DNA from: a virus
Lineage: Duplodnaviria > Caudoviricetes
Direction: 5' to 3' (one strand)
Virus record (IMG/VR): IMGVR_UViG_2896201746_000001
Location: 1 to 64,000 of that record
Length of the DNA stretch: 64,000 bases
The position numbers and the translations under genes were made by a program. The notes beneath the pieces are model-generated. The model made no database searches and was not told the origin of the DNA. It saw only the letters and a program-made list of their open reading frames with translations. This document shows positions 18,031-27,741 of this stretch, piece by piece (position 1 is the stretch's first letter; every line of letters begins with the position of its first letter).

Positions 18031-19871
18031 TGGGCATGATGGGCTTCGGGGCGACGATCAGTCTCGCCGCCGCTCCTCTTGTTCTGAAGAACCGGGTTAT
18101 CGCTCGGCGCTACTCCGGCTACTTCTATGACAACGTGACCTATCAGAACGGGCGCACGCCGACGGCGACCTACGTGGTCCTGCCGTCGAGCGGCACGCCG
18201 TCGATCGGCCTAGCGAATGCCGGCGGTGGGGGCGACAACTTCACGGTCATCTGGGAAGGCTATTTCATCCCGCTGGTGAGCGGCACCCACACCTTCTCCA
18301 CGACCAGCGACGACGGCTCGTTCTTGTGGATCGGCGATGTCGCCAATGCGCCAACCACCTCGAACGCCACCGTAAAGAACGGCGGCACGCACAGCGCGAG
18401 CAAGGCAACCGGGACGGCGACGCTGACGGCCGGCGTCGTCTACCCGTTCCGGGCGATCATGGGCGAGGAAGGCGGTGGCGAATACATGGAAGTCACCGTC
18501 ACGCCGCCCGGCGGGTCGGAGACGAACGACCTGTGGCCCTACCTCTGGGCTACCGCGGCGTCCGTGATGCCGAAGATCATCTCCCGCTCGACAACGACGC
18601 AGTCGGTGACGATCGGTCAGTGCGTTTCGACGGCCATTGTCGATATGTGGGGTGCCGGCGGTGGGCGGGCGCGCTACGGCTACGGCAATCGCGCAGGCGG
18701 GTCGGGCGGCTACCAGTATCTCGAAATCCCCGTCGCCGCCGGCGACGTCCTCACATACGCGGTGGGCGGCAAGGGCGAGGATGCCAACACCGCCTATCAG
18801 ACCGCGGGCGGCATGTCGGGCAGCGGCCAGGGCAACGGCGGCCCAGGTGGCGCTCCACGAATTACGAACCTGCTGTCCGGCAAGACCGACATGCTCGACA
18901 CCTCGGTCTGGACCGAGCCGTTGAGCGGCAACGGCGGCATCGTGCGCTCGCGCGTCGTCGGCCCGGCCAACATCATGAACGCCACCCGGCTCGACTACGC
19001 CCAGAACAACCGCGGCGCTCCCCGGCTCATCCGTGCGCCGCTCAGCTTGGCAGCCGGAACCTACACCTTCGCCTTCGATGCGAAGCTGATCTCCGGCACC
19101 GGCAACCTCACCTTCGACATCAACGACATCTCCAGTTCCTGGATCGACCTGTTCAGCCAGCTCAAGCTCGGCTCCTGGACCCGGGTCAAGCACACCTTCA
19201 CGATCTCGTCCTCGGGCGGCTGGCTCGACTTCCCCGGCGACACCATCGCCAGCATGGTGCTCGACGTCGCGAACCTTACCCTCGAAAGCGGCTCGACCGC
19301 GGGCGGCATCGGAGGCGGTAACGGAGGCGGCGGAGGCGGCCGAACCGAGATCTACAAGAACGGCGTGCTCGTCGGGGTCGCGCCGGGCGGAGGCGGAGGC
19401 GGCGTCACGGACGGTTACGGCAACGGCGGTGGCCCGGGCGGCGGCCTTCAGGGCGGCGACGTTGGCGAGACCAACGGCGTCGCCGGTGCCAGGGGCGGCA
19501 CGCAGTCCGGGCCGGGTGCCGGTGGCTACTCCATCAACAACAGCGGCAACGTCGGCGGCGCGGGCAGCGGCGGCAACGGCGGCGCTGCCCAGACCCCGGG
19601 CAATACGGGCGGCGGCGGGGGCGGCTACTATGGCGGGGGCGGCGGCGCACAGGATCCGCAGGGTCAGGCCGGTGCCGGTGCCGGCGGGTCGGCATACTCG
19701 CACCCGACGCTCACCCGCAACGCCAGCACGCTCTCCGGCTCCGGAACCACTCCGCCGAAGACCAATCACCCCGATTACACCGGCAATGCAGGCCGAGGCG
19801 GCTATTCGAGCGCGTTTGATTCGACGGTCTACGGCTCTGAAGACGGCCTGATCGTCATCGACTTCGTATAA
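18030..19871 (+). CDS. Gly-rich virion adhesin with PA14/GLEYA domain
   Basis: FTVIWEGYFIP..HTFSTTSDDGSFLWI is a PA14 signature; central CBM-like region; long Gly-rich segments. Confidence 0.75.
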   Translation: MGMMGFGATISLAAAPLVLKNRVIARRYSGYFYDNVTYQNGRTPTATYVVLPSSGTPSIGLANAGGGGDNFTVIWEGYFIPLVSGTHTFSTTSDDGSFLWIGDVANAPTTSNATVKNGGTHSASKATGTATLTAGVVYPFRAIMGEEGGGEYMEVTVTPPGGSETNDLWPYLWATAASVMPKIISRSTTTQSVTIGQCVSTAIVDMWGAGGGRARYGYGNRAGGSGGYQYLEIPVAAGDVLTYAVGGKGEDANTAYQTAGGMSGSGQGNGGPGGAPRITNLLSGKTDMLDTSVWTEPLSGNGGIVRSRVVGPANIMNATRLDYAQNNRGAPRLIRAPLSLAAGTYTFAFDAKLISGTGNLTFDINDISSSWIDLFSQLKLGSWTRVKHTFTISSSGGWLDFPGDTIASMVLDVANLTLESGSTAGGIGGGNGGGGGGRTEIYKNGVLVGVAPGGGGGGVTDGYGNGGGPGGGLQGGDVGETNGVAGARGGTQSGPGAGGYSINNSGNVGGAGSGGNGGAAQTPGNTGGGGGGYYGGGGGAQDPQGQAGAGAGGSAYSHPTLTRNASTLSGSGTTPPKTNHPDYTGNAGRGGYSSAFDSTVYGSEDGLIVIDFV

Positions 19872-19882
19872 GGAGCAGACAA

Positions 19883-20530
19883 ATGTTCCCGGTTGCTCTT
19901 GTTCTGGACGGTGAAATTCTGTCGGTCTTTTCCGGCCCGATGCCGTTTGTCGGCCCGGACGGTGTCCAGCACTCGGTCACGGTCTGGACCTCCTGGACCG
20001 ACAAGGATTGGGAAGAGAAGTGCCCGGGCGTGCAGCGGCTGCCGGTCATCGACAATGTGCCCACCTCGGCCGCAGCGACCGCGCGCTGCCTGCCAACGAC
20101 CCAGTGGAAGGTGACGGATACAGCCGTCGAGACCGTCTACGAGACCTTCGAGAAGTCGCTCGACACTGTGAAAACCGAGCACAAGAATCTCGCCTCGTCG
20201 CAACGCTATGTCGCTGAAACCGGCGGTATCACAGTCGGGGGCGCTGTGATCCGTACCGACCGCGAGAGCCAGGGCCTCGTCAACGGAGCCTACTCGCTGG
20301 CCCGCGACATGGTCGACGGCCATGTTCCGGCCCAGCCGATCGACTTCAAGGGGGCGAGCGGCTGGGAGCAGATCGCACCCGAGGATATGGTCGCCATCGG
20401 CCGGGCGGTTGCGCTGCATGTTCAGGCCTGCTTCTCGCGCGAGCGTGCGCTTCACCGGCAGATCGACGACGCCGGTGACATCGAGGCCGTGCTGGCGATC
20501 AACGTGACGGCCGGCTGGCCTTCGGCCTGA
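19883..20530 (+). CDS. DUF4376-like tail fibre assembly protein
   Basis: RYVAETGGI..TDRESQ..FKGASGW..HVQACFSRE motif. Confidence 0.75.
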   Translation: MFPVALVLDGEILSVFSGPMPFVGPDGVQHSVTVWTSWTDKDWEEKCPGVQRLPVIDNVPTSAAATARCLPTTQWKVTDTAVETVYETFEKSLDTVKTEHKNLASSQRYVAETGGITVGGAVIRTDRESQGLVNGAYSLARDMVDGHVPAQPIDFKGASGWEQIAPEDMVAIGRAVALHVQACFSRERALHRQIDDAGDIEAVLAINVTAGWPSA

Positions 20531-20610
20531 TTTGCTTTATCAGTCATCGCTGAATATACTTCTCGCATTATGAGCCGCGGGCAGAGCGACATGCAAAGCG
20601 GAGCCTTATC

Positions 20611-20949
20611 ATGACGGAGTTGACCATGAGCCAGGAAATCCAGGCTCTCAAGGAGCACGTCGAGGCCCGCTTTGCCGGGCTGGAGCGGTGGTTAGAGCGC
20701 GTCACGGCCGCAATCGAGAAGCAAGGCGAGAACAAGGAGCGCCTGATCGTCGTCGAGACGAAGCATCAACTGCTCGAAGAGCGAATCGCATCCCACGAGC
20801 GCGCTGTCGAGACGAAGATCGACCAGCTCAACAGCAAAGTCTCGGCCGGCAACGAGAAGATCATCAAGTTCGGCGTCTATTTCGCGGTCTGCGGCTTCGT
20901 CCTGACTGTCATCGCGCCGATTCTGCTGAAGAAGTTCCTGGGAGTTTGA
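20611..20949 (+). CDS. Coiled-coil protein with one C-terminal TM helix (holin/antiholin candidate)
   Basis: 112 aa, hydrophobic C-terminus, directly upstream of the endolysin. Confidence 0.55.
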   Translation: MTELTMSQEIQALKEHVEARFAGLERWLERVTAAIEKQGENKERLIVVETKHQLLEERIASHERAVETKIDQLNSKVSAGNEKIIKFGVYFAVCGFVLTVIAPILLKKFLGV

Positions 20950-20952
20950 GCC

Positions 20953-21489
20953 ATGACCGAACCCGTCTGTCAGGCCGCCATCGACCTGGTCAAGCATTTC
21001 GAGGGACTGTACCTCCAGGCCTATCTCTGCCCCGCCGGCGTGCCGACGATCGGTTACGGGCATACGGCCGGCGTGAAGCTGGGGCAGAAGATCACCGCCG
21101 AGCAGGCCGAAGACCTGCTGGCCATCGACCTGAAGAACGCCGCGGCCGTCGTCGACCGGCTGGTCAAGGTGCCGGTGACGAAGGGTCAGCGCGGCGCGCT
21201 GTCGAGCTTCGTCTTCAACCTCGGCCAGGGGAATTTCCAGTCCTCGACCTTGCTGCGGCTGCTCAACGTCGGCGACTATGAGGGCGCAGCCGGACAATTC
21301 GAGCGCTGGGTCTTCGCGACGGTCAACGGCAAGGCGACCCGGATGCCGGGCCTGGTGAAGCGCCGGGCGGCCGAGGCGCTGCTGTTCCGGCACAACGTCT
21401 TCCCGATCAAGCTGGCCGCGGCCGATCCGATGCCGCAGGCGGTGGACGATCCCGATGGAGAGTCCCTTCAAGACAGCGCCATCGCGTGA
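20953..21489 (+). CDS. Endolysin, GH24 phage lysozyme
   Basis: FEGLYLQAYLCPAGVPTIGYGHT, FVFNLG, GLVKRRAAE. Confidence 0.95.
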   Translation: MTEPVCQAAIDLVKHFEGLYLQAYLCPAGVPTIGYGHTAGVKLGQKITAEQAEDLLAIDLKNAAAVVDRLVKVPVTKGQRGALSSFVFNLGQGNFQSSTLLRLLNVGDYEGAAGQFERWVFATVNGKATRMPGLVKRRAAEALLFRHNVFPIKLAAADPMPQAVDDPDGESLQDSAIA

Positions 21490-21496
21490 GGCCGGC

Positions 21497-22054
21497 ATGC
21501 TGCCGCTGATTCCGTTCGCCATCAGCCTTGCTGCCGAGTTCCTGCCGGACCTCGTCGGCAAGATCGCCGGCGACAACGCGGAGAAGGTCGCGAAGGACGT
21601 CGTCAGCGCCGCCAAGGCCGTCACCGGCCAGAGCGAGCAGGACGCGATCCTCACCGCCCTGCGTGCCGATCCCGCGGCCGTCGCCAAGCTGCAGGAGGCC
21701 TTTATCGACTACGAGAAGACCGTCCTGCAGGAGGAGACCAAGCGGATCGACAGCATCAACGAGACGATCCGGGAGGAGGTCAGGAGCGAGCACGGCTATG
21801 TGCGCAACATGCGCCCGACCTTCGGCTACGCCATGGCCTTCACCTGGGTCATTCAGATGCTGGCCGTCACCTGGGCGATCGTCATGACCCCGGCCGAAGC
21901 CGCCCGGATCATCCAGGCGGTCGCCGAGCTGGGTTTCATGTGGGCGGTCGGGCTGTCGGTCGTCGGCGTCTATGTCTGGCGGCGCTCGGATGAGAAGGGT
22001 GCCGGCGGCTCGCTGCTCGACCGGCTGCCCTTCCCGATGCCGGGCAAGCGCTGA
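21497..22054 (+). CDS. Holin of the GTA 3TM family
   Basis: MRPTFGY followed by two TM helices and GVYVWRRS.EK. Confidence 0.75.
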   Translation: MLPLIPFAISLAAEFLPDLVGKIAGDNAEKVAKDVVSAAKAVTGQSEQDAILTALRADPAAVAKLQEAFIDYEKTVLQEETKRIDSINETIREEVRSEHGYVRNMRPTFGYAMAFTWVIQMLAVTWAIVMTPAEAARIIQAVAELGFMWAVGLSVVGVYVWRRSDEKGAGGSLLDRLPFPMPGKR

Positions 22055-22671
22055 TGGGCGCGCTGCTGCGCATCGCGGTGCGGCCGGCCATCCGGCTGCT
22101 GATCGCGCTGTTCGAGGCCTTCGCCTACCGGCTGCGGGGCGGAGGCTTCATTCAGTTCGGCCGCACTCAGCCCGCCCGCGCCTGCTGGGCGATCTCCTTC
22201 CTGGTGATGGTGTTCGCCTATGCGCATGCCCCTTGGCAGGCAGCCTATCTCGCGACGCCGGTGCTTGCCTTCCTGTCGCTGATCGCGACCGGGCACGGCG
22301 AGCACCAGGATCTCGGCCGCGGCAAGGCCGGCTCCAGCCTGGACGGCAAGCCCTACGAGATCGCCACATGGCCGATCCGCGCGCTCATCAAGCGCTCCGA
22401 CGACTGGCCGATCTGGCAGCGCGAGCTGTTCGACGCGGCCTGCATGAGTTGGATCGGCCTACTGCGCGGCGTGATCGCAACGGCGGCGATCGCGCCCTTC
22501 GACCCGTCCTTCGCCATCCGCGTCATCATCGGCAACGCCCTGATGGGGCCGGCCTACTGGCTCGGCTACCGCGTGCCGCTGACCCTGCCGGGCCTCGCCG
22601 CCCGGACCACCGAATGGGGCGAGCTGTTCACCGGCTTCTGCATCGCCCTGCCCTTCCTCATTCGCCCCTGA
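22054..22671 (+). CDS. Multi-pass membrane protein, unknown function
   Basis: 205 aa, several hydrophobic segments, YRLRGGG motif, TGATG coupling. Confidence 0.65.
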   Translation: MGALLRIAVRPAIRLLIALFEAFAYRLRGGGFIQFGRTQPARACWAISFLVMVFAYAHAPWQAAYLATPVLAFLSLIATGHGEHQDLGRGKAGSSLDGKPYEIATWPIRALIKRSDDWPIWQRELFDAACMSWIGLLRGVIATAAIAPFDPSFAIRVIIGNALMGPAYWLGYRVPLTLPGLAARTTEWGELFTGFCIALPFLIRP

Positions 22672-22684
22672 TCCTGGAGGTTTC

Positions 22685-23449
22685 ATGGCGCACCGGAACG
22701 ACCCGCAGCCGAAGAAGGGAGGCCGCCGGCGTCGCTCCGGCGCTGCCGAGCCTGCCGTGGCCGCGACCATTCCGTCTGTGAACGACATCGAGCGCGCCAA
22801 CGCGATCAAGTTCGAGCCTGCCAATCCCCGGCAGCGCTTCCACATGCGCTCGCTCAAGGAGAAGTCGCTGACGCTCGCCCTCGGCCCGGCCGGCACCGGC
22901 AAGACCTACGTCTCGATGGTGTACGCCGCCCAGGCCGTCCTGCGCGGCGAGATCACGAAGCTCGTGCTGATGCGCCCAGCCGTGGCGCTGGAGGGCGAGG
23001 AGCACGGCTTCCTGCCCGGCGACCTGTTCGCCAAGGTTTCGCCCTGGGCGCGGCCGATGCTGAAGAAGCTCGACACGCTGATTGGCGGCGGGCGCGTCAA
23101 GGCGATGGTCAAGAACGGCCAGATCGAGGTCTGCCCCTTCACCTACCTGCGCGGCGACGAGTTCGAGGCCGGCACCTTCGTCATGCTCGACGAGGCGCAG
23201 AACTGCACGGTCGGCCAGCTCAAGGCCTTCACCACCCGCATCGCCGACGGCTCGCGCATCGTCATCGCCGGCGACGTCAGCCAGCACGACCTGCCAGGCG
23301 ACAGCGGCCTGTCCGTCCTGCTCGACGTGATTGAGGGTTCCGACGACATCGACTGCGGCATCATCGAATACGAAGCCCGCGACATCGAGCGCGGCGCGCT
23401 CTGCGCAGCGTTCGTCAAGGCCTGGGAGGGCTGCCGGAATGCAGCGTGA
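22685..23449 (+). CDS. phoH: PhoH-family ATPase
   Basis: GPAGTGKT, GFLPGDL, YLRG, DEAQN, TRI, GDVSQHD. Confidence 0.95.
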   Translation: MAHRNDPQPKKGGRRRRSGAAEPAVAATIPSVNDIERANAIKFEPANPRQRFHMRSLKEKSLTLALGPAGTGKTYVSMVYAAQAVLRGEITKLVLMRPAVALEGEEHGFLPGDLFAKVSPWARPMLKKLDTLIGGGRVKAMVKNGQIEVCPFTYLRGDEFEAGTFVMLDEAQNCTVGQLKAFTTRIADGSRIVIAGDVSQHDLPGDSGLSVLLDVIEGSDDIDCGIIEYEARDIERGALCAAFVKAWEGCRNAA

Positions 23450-23675
23450 GCGCCGGGCAATCCGCAGCGCCTGGGTAGGGGAAGACGACGGCACGCTGCT
23501 GGTCGGGGACACGGTCTTCGAGGAGGAGGACGGCCCTGAGTTCGAGCCATCCGGCCTCCTCGGTCCCGACGGCCAACCAATCCTGCGCTATGTTCCCCGC
23601 AAGGATCCGATTGGCTTTCTGTGGCATGATGAAGAAGGTTCTCTTCGTCCTCGCCACTACTTCACTGCTGAGTGA
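23439..23675 (+). CDS. Small hypothetical protein
   Basis: 78 aa; GLLGPDGQP..PIGF motif; overlaps phoH stop. Confidence 0.55.
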   Translation: MQRERRAIRSAWVGEDDGTLLVGDTVFEEEDGPEFEPSGLLGPDGQPILRYVPRKDPIGFLWHDEEGSLRPRHYFTAE

Positions 23676-23859
23676 CAAAAACCCGGACAAGTTCAACATT
23701 CTTGTCCGGGATTCTATACACGCCTTCAATCAGCATCAGACGCACCAGCTCCTCGGCTTCTTCTTCGCTCAGATTGCCGAACCGCTCGTCTTTTACTTCG
23801 ATAGTGACCAGACTCACGACATAACTCTCCGATGACAACAAAGGAAAATTATGTCGCAT
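23662..23859 (-). CDS. Small acidic hypothetical protein (lower GC)
   Basis: 65-aa ORF diverging from the AT-rich promoter region. Confidence 0.4.
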   Translation of the reverse strand: MRHNFPLLSSESYVVSLVTIEVKDERFGNLSEEEAEELVRLMLIEGVYRIPDKNVELVRVFVTQQ

Positions 23860-23885
23860 TATAACAAAACGTCTGCTTTCTATCT

Positions 23886-23964
23886 ATGGTTAATTTATAC
23901 GCCAATATACGTCTGTATGTAGACCTCTAACGCTTCGTTAACGAAATCCTAGGGTATTAACCTT
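23886..23964. promoter_or_regulatory. Candidate CtrA-binding sites
   Basis: TTAACCAT on minus strand at 23886-23893; CTAA-N7-TTAAC at 23927-23942; TTAACCTT at 23957-23964. Confidence 0.4.
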
Positions 23965-24034
23965 AAAATCGGCCCAAAGGTCGCGTTTCTCCTTCACCGC
24001 GGAGGCCCGGGCCAAGCGCCCTTGTCAATCGGCC

Positions 24035-24691
24035 ATGCAGAAACTGCAGGGCGAGCAAGCTGGCGCAACATGGTCAGTCTTCGTTCGACAATACCGCCAA
24101 CGCTATGGATTGAAGCAGGAGGCGCTCGCGGCCTTGGTCGGCGTGCGTCAACCCACCGTCGCGCGCTGGGAGGCCGGCGAGGCGATGCCCGCTCTGCACC
24201 GGCGGGCCGGCATCCTCAACGCGATGCGCGAGCATGCCGCCCTGCATGAGCAGGGACTGATTGCCGGGCCGCCCGTCGCACCAGAACCAGTGATCGCTCC
24301 GGACACGCTGCGGGCGCTGGTACGCACACAAGACCCGGCGTCGCTGCTGTCGTCGGACTTTATCATAGTCGACGCATCGGAATCGGTTCACCGGGGCTTC
24401 GCGCTGCGCGGGGAGACGCCGATCGGCGTCGACATCAGCAAATTCCAGACGCCGGGCTTCGAGGCCGTCATCAAGACGCTTGGCCGCGATCTATTGAGGC
24501 CCGGCAGCGACTTGCTGTCGATCTCCTTCGACGACGATTCCGTGCTGATCGACGGCAAGCGGCTGCGGCGCACCTGGACGGCAATGGAAGTCGCTGGCGA
24601 GCGCTTCATCTTCAACATCGACCGCTTCTATGTCGACCCGGAGGAATCGACAGGTCTCAACCTGTCGATCCTCACACGGGACGATCTTTAG
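24035..24691 (+). CDS. XRE-family HTH regulator with a PAS-like C-terminal domain
   Basis: LKQEALAALVGVRQPTVARWEAG HTH; DPASLLSSDFIIVDAS resembles a PAS start. Confidence 0.8.
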   Translation: MQKLQGEQAGATWSVFVRQYRQRYGLKQEALAALVGVRQPTVARWEAGEAMPALHRRAGILNAMREHAALHEQGLIAGPPVAPEPVIAPDTLRALVRTQDPASLLSSDFIIVDASESVHRGFALRGETPIGVDISKFQTPGFEAVIKTLGRDLLRPGSDLLSISFDDDSVLIDGKRLRRTWTAMEVAGERFIFNIDRFYVDPEESTGLNLSILTRDDL

Positions 24692-24705
24692 AGTGACGCC
24701 CGTGC

Positions 24706-25488
24706 CTACTTCCCCGCCCGGGTGAGCGGCTTCACCAAAAATTTCGTCAGCAGCAGGAACGCCAGCAGACACGCGGCCAGCACCGGGAAAAACAGCACCG
24801 GCCAGCCCATTGCGACCTCACTCCAGCTATGAGTGCGAATGGCCTGGTTGAAGTGCTCGGCACCTGCATTCGATATACATGAGGTCAGATCATCACCCAA
24901 GTTTCCGTTGGTATAGTAACGACTGTCAGGTTGTTTTCTCTCTATATAGCTGCGGTATTTTTGTCTTATCGAATCCATGTGGCGATCTACCAAATCTCTC
25001 TGTAGATCGCTCAATTTGTCGTAGCCGTACCCATCCCCTGCGGCTACGACCTCGTAGCATTGCCTCCCTGTCAGAGCCGTGAGCGAGTGCCCATCGCTAT
25101 TGGTGTAGACAAGAGGTGCTTCATCATCTCGGCTGCTCGAGTAGGGGTAGGTATTGGCATAGTGCTTCCGATACTCGCCCCTGATGATCTCAAACAGACT
25201 ACCACTCAACCCAAAAAACACCAGCATGACAACCACAAGGCGCGTGATGTAAAACATCTTTCGGCCGGTACTCTTCGCTAGCGCGACCGACGCTCCTTTC
25301 ATTTCCTTCATCCTGGCGTTGCTGTGGGCGTCTGATAGGAGACGGGCAAGCAGTTCGACATACAGAGCTTTTGCCTTTTGCAGATCTCCCTCAGAGCGGG
25401 CCATAGCTTTGACCCATAGATCTTCACGCCGGAGGCCTTGCTCGATCTCCCGCATCGCCTCGCCGTAAAACCGCTCCTGCACGTCCAT
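24706..25488 (-). CDS. Lower-GC membrane protein (moron-like)
   Basis: 260 aa, two TM helices flanking a soluble domain; markedly more AT-rich than neighbours. Confidence 0.7.
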   Translation of the reverse strand: MDVQERFYGEAMREIEQGLRREDLWVKAMARSEGDLQKAKALYVELLARLLSDAHSNARMKEMKGASVALAKSTGRKMFYITRLVVVMLVFFGLSGSLFEIIRGEYRKHYANTYPYSSSRDDEAPLVYTNSDGHSLTALTGRQCYEVVAAGDGYGYDKLSDLQRDLVDRHMDSIRQKYRSYIERKQPDSRYYTNGNLGDDLTSCISNAGAEHFNQAIRTHSWSEVAMGWPVLFFPVLAACLLAFLLLTKFLVKPLTRAGK

Positions 25489-25659
25489 CTTTTTGCCCCC
25501 AGCCGAACAGCTTGCTCGCCGTGGTCGCAGTCGGCCATCGGCAAGGAAGGCAAAAGGGTTACAGATATCCAGACTTTAGTTCAAACTTTTGATAGCGATC
25601 TACTGAACCGCGAATCACGTACCGCTGATGCCGGGCTTTGGAAAGCTTGGCACACCTGT

Positions 25660-27051
25660 TCAGGCGGCGATTGCCGAAGCGAACTGCGCCTTCACGCGCT
25701 CCAGGCTGTCGGCCTGGGCCTTGTCGGAGCGGATCTCGACATAGCGCGGCAGGAACAGCGAGTGCAGGTTGTTGCTCTCGCTGGGCAGCATGATCGAGTT
25801 CGCGCGCACCGTCATGATGCGGCCGATCACGTCGTTCCGGTTGGCGTGCAGCTCGGCGCGCTTGGCGTCGGTGAAGCCGGACACGTCGACGACGAGCTGG
25901 CCGCAGGAGGTGCGGCAGGTGATCGAGCCGAAGGTGCCGGCGTTCTTGCCGTTGCCCGGCACGAAGCCGGCGATCTCCAGGTCGACGTCGACCTCCAGCT
26001 TCAGCTTCACCTGTTCCTTCGAGGTGCCGTCGCGCCAGATCGCGCTGTGGCGCTTGATGATCGTGCCCTCCTTACCCTGTCCCAAAAGCTCGCGGTAATG
26101 GGCATAGGCATCGTCGAGGGAGTGAACGATGCGGGTGTCGATCAGCCGGATCAGGGCCTCGCGGTTGGGAAGGGTCGCGGCGAGCTGTGCGTTGATGCCG
26201 GCCAGACGCTCGGCATAGCCGACGGCGTGCTTGCCCTTGGCCTTCACCGCGTCGAGCGGGATTTGGTCCCAGGCCATGTAGATCGGCTGCTCGCCGGGGC
26301 CGAACTCGCCACCCTTGGCGACCGAGTTCAGGATGCCGTTGCCGATCTCGCGCGCCAGGATGATGCCGTCGCGCATGACCAGCAGCTCGCCGTGATTCTG
26401 GGTGCCGGGCTTCAGCCGGCGCAGCGCCTCGGCGGCCAGCTCGGCGAACGGCTCTATTGGGAACTCGGTGCCCTGCCGGCTCGACAGCGTCACCGCGCCG
26501 TCGGCGCTGATGTCGAGGTTGGCGAACATGCCGTCCGCCTTCTCCTGGCTGACGACGCCGGCCGCCCAGTCCCACTCGCCGAGCTTCACGTCCTTTGGCA
26601 GCGAGCAGCGCATGTAGGGGAAGGTCGGGATCAGGCCGGGCCTGACCTTGTTCACCGTGCTCGCGTCGATGCCGGCCCGCAGATCCTTGAGGATGATGCG
26701 CTGGAGCGCGGTGCGCAGGCTGACGGCCGCGGCCGGGTCGTGCGGCACATAGGCGAGCAGCTTGGCGATCATGCCACGCGCCGCCTGCCCGGTCAGCTTG
26801 CGGGTCGACAGCGCGTCGAGCGCATTGAAGATCAGGGCGATGTCGATCGCGGAGGAGGCCGGATGCGGCTCGGGGTCGGGCAGGCGCTGGATGTAGAAGC
26901 GATGGAACGGCGACAGCGCGTAGCTCAGCAGGCGGGCAGTGTGCTCGGCATGTTCGCCGGCCAGCGCTTCGGCGACGATCGCCTGCTTCTCGTTCTTGGA
27001 GCTGGTCGCGGAACAGCGCGCCAGCATGTCAGCGAAGGATGACATCGGCAT
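25660..27051 (-). CDS. lig: ATP-dependent DNA ligase
   Basis: QEKADG motif I, HGEL, WD, EGTIIK, KLK, SLFLPRY. Confidence 0.93.
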   Translation of the reverse strand: MPMSSFADMLARCSATSSKNEKQAIVAEALAGEHAEHTARLLSYALSPFHRFYIQRLPDPEPHPASSAIDIALIFNALDALSTRKLTGQAARGMIAKLLAYVPHDPAAAVSLRTALQRIILKDLRAGIDASTVNKVRPGLIPTFPYMRCSLPKDVKLGEWDWAAGVVSQEKADGMFANLDISADGAVTLSSRQGTEFPIEPFAELAAEALRRLKPGTQNHGELLVMRDGIILAREIGNGILNSVAKGGEFGPGEQPIYMAWDQIPLDAVKAKGKHAVGYAERLAGINAQLAATLPNREALIRLIDTRIVHSLDDAYAHYRELLGQGKEGTIIKRHSAIWRDGTSKEQVKLKLEVDVDLEIAGFVPGNGKNAGTFGSITCRTSCGQLVVDVSGFTDAKRAELHANRNDVIGRIMTVRANSIMLPSESNNLHSLFLPRYVEIRSDKAQADSLERVKAQFASAIAA

Positions 27052-27130
27052 AAGGTTCTCTCACAAAAAACTTCATTCATCGCTGACTATATCGCTCGTG
27101 AGAGAAGAGGCAATAGAAGATGCGCCGTTA

Positions 27131-27433
27131 TCATCCATCGCTGAATGGTGACTGCCGGGCCAGCAGCGCGCCGAGCAGATAGAGGCGGCTCCAGGGCATC
27201 GCCGGCGAGATCGCGGTGCTGTCGAGATCCCAATCCTCGGCATCCCAGTCATAGAGCACCCGCACCTCGTAGCGGCGACCGCTCTCGGTGCAGCGGACGG
27301 CGAACACATGCCGGGAGACGGTCCTGCCCGCCGGCGTCGTCTGCATGCGGCCGTCGCGGCGGGCGACGACGGTGAGACGCGGAGCGCTGGCGGCGAGGAC
27401 CGGCAGGGCCGGAACGGCGATCGGGAAAGCCAT
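27131..27433 (-). CDS. Hypothetical protein
   Basis: 100 aa, coupled to upstream ORF by TGATG. Confidence 0.55.
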   Translation of the reverse strand: MAFPIAVPALPVLAASAPRLTVVARRDGRMQTTPAGRTVSRHVFAVRCTESGRRYEVRVLYDWDAEDWDLDSTAISPAMPWSRLYLLGALLARQSPFSDG

Positions 27434-27741
27434 CAGCGGATGTCCCTGGCGATGCGCTGGATGCGATAGCCGTACCGCTCAACCATCCGCGCCATGTCCT
27501 CCAGCGCGGCGTGGTGGGTCGTCACGACCATGCCGGATTCGTCGTCGCCGCGGGCCTGGGCTTTCGAGCGTTCGGGGAACAGGGTGATGAGGGCGAGCCG
27601 GGTCTGCCGGTCGTCGTCCCAATCGAGATCCTCGTAGACCTGATAGGTGCGCGGGTCGTCGGGGTCGGCGAGCACGATCCGGCGGTTCGCGAAATCCCCG
27701 CGCACGCGCAGCGCGTTGATGAGCACCAGATCAGACGACAT
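27433..27741 (-). CDS. Hypothetical protein
   Basis: 102 aa in a tightly packed minus-strand run. Confidence 0.6.
   Translation of the reverse strand: MSSDLVLINALRVRGDFANRRIVLADPDDPRTYQVYEDLDWDDDRQTRLALITLFPERSKAQARGDDESGMVVTTHHAALEDMARMVERYGYRIQRIARDIR

Noticed and set aside
13000-19871. Diversity-generating retroelement or invertible tail-fibre cassette
   Set aside because: No reverse transcriptase, invertase or TR/VR pair seen; the lower-GC J tip is more simply a swapped module
22685-23449. phoH as a novel auxiliary gene
   Set aside because: Very common in large phages; annotated as a feature only
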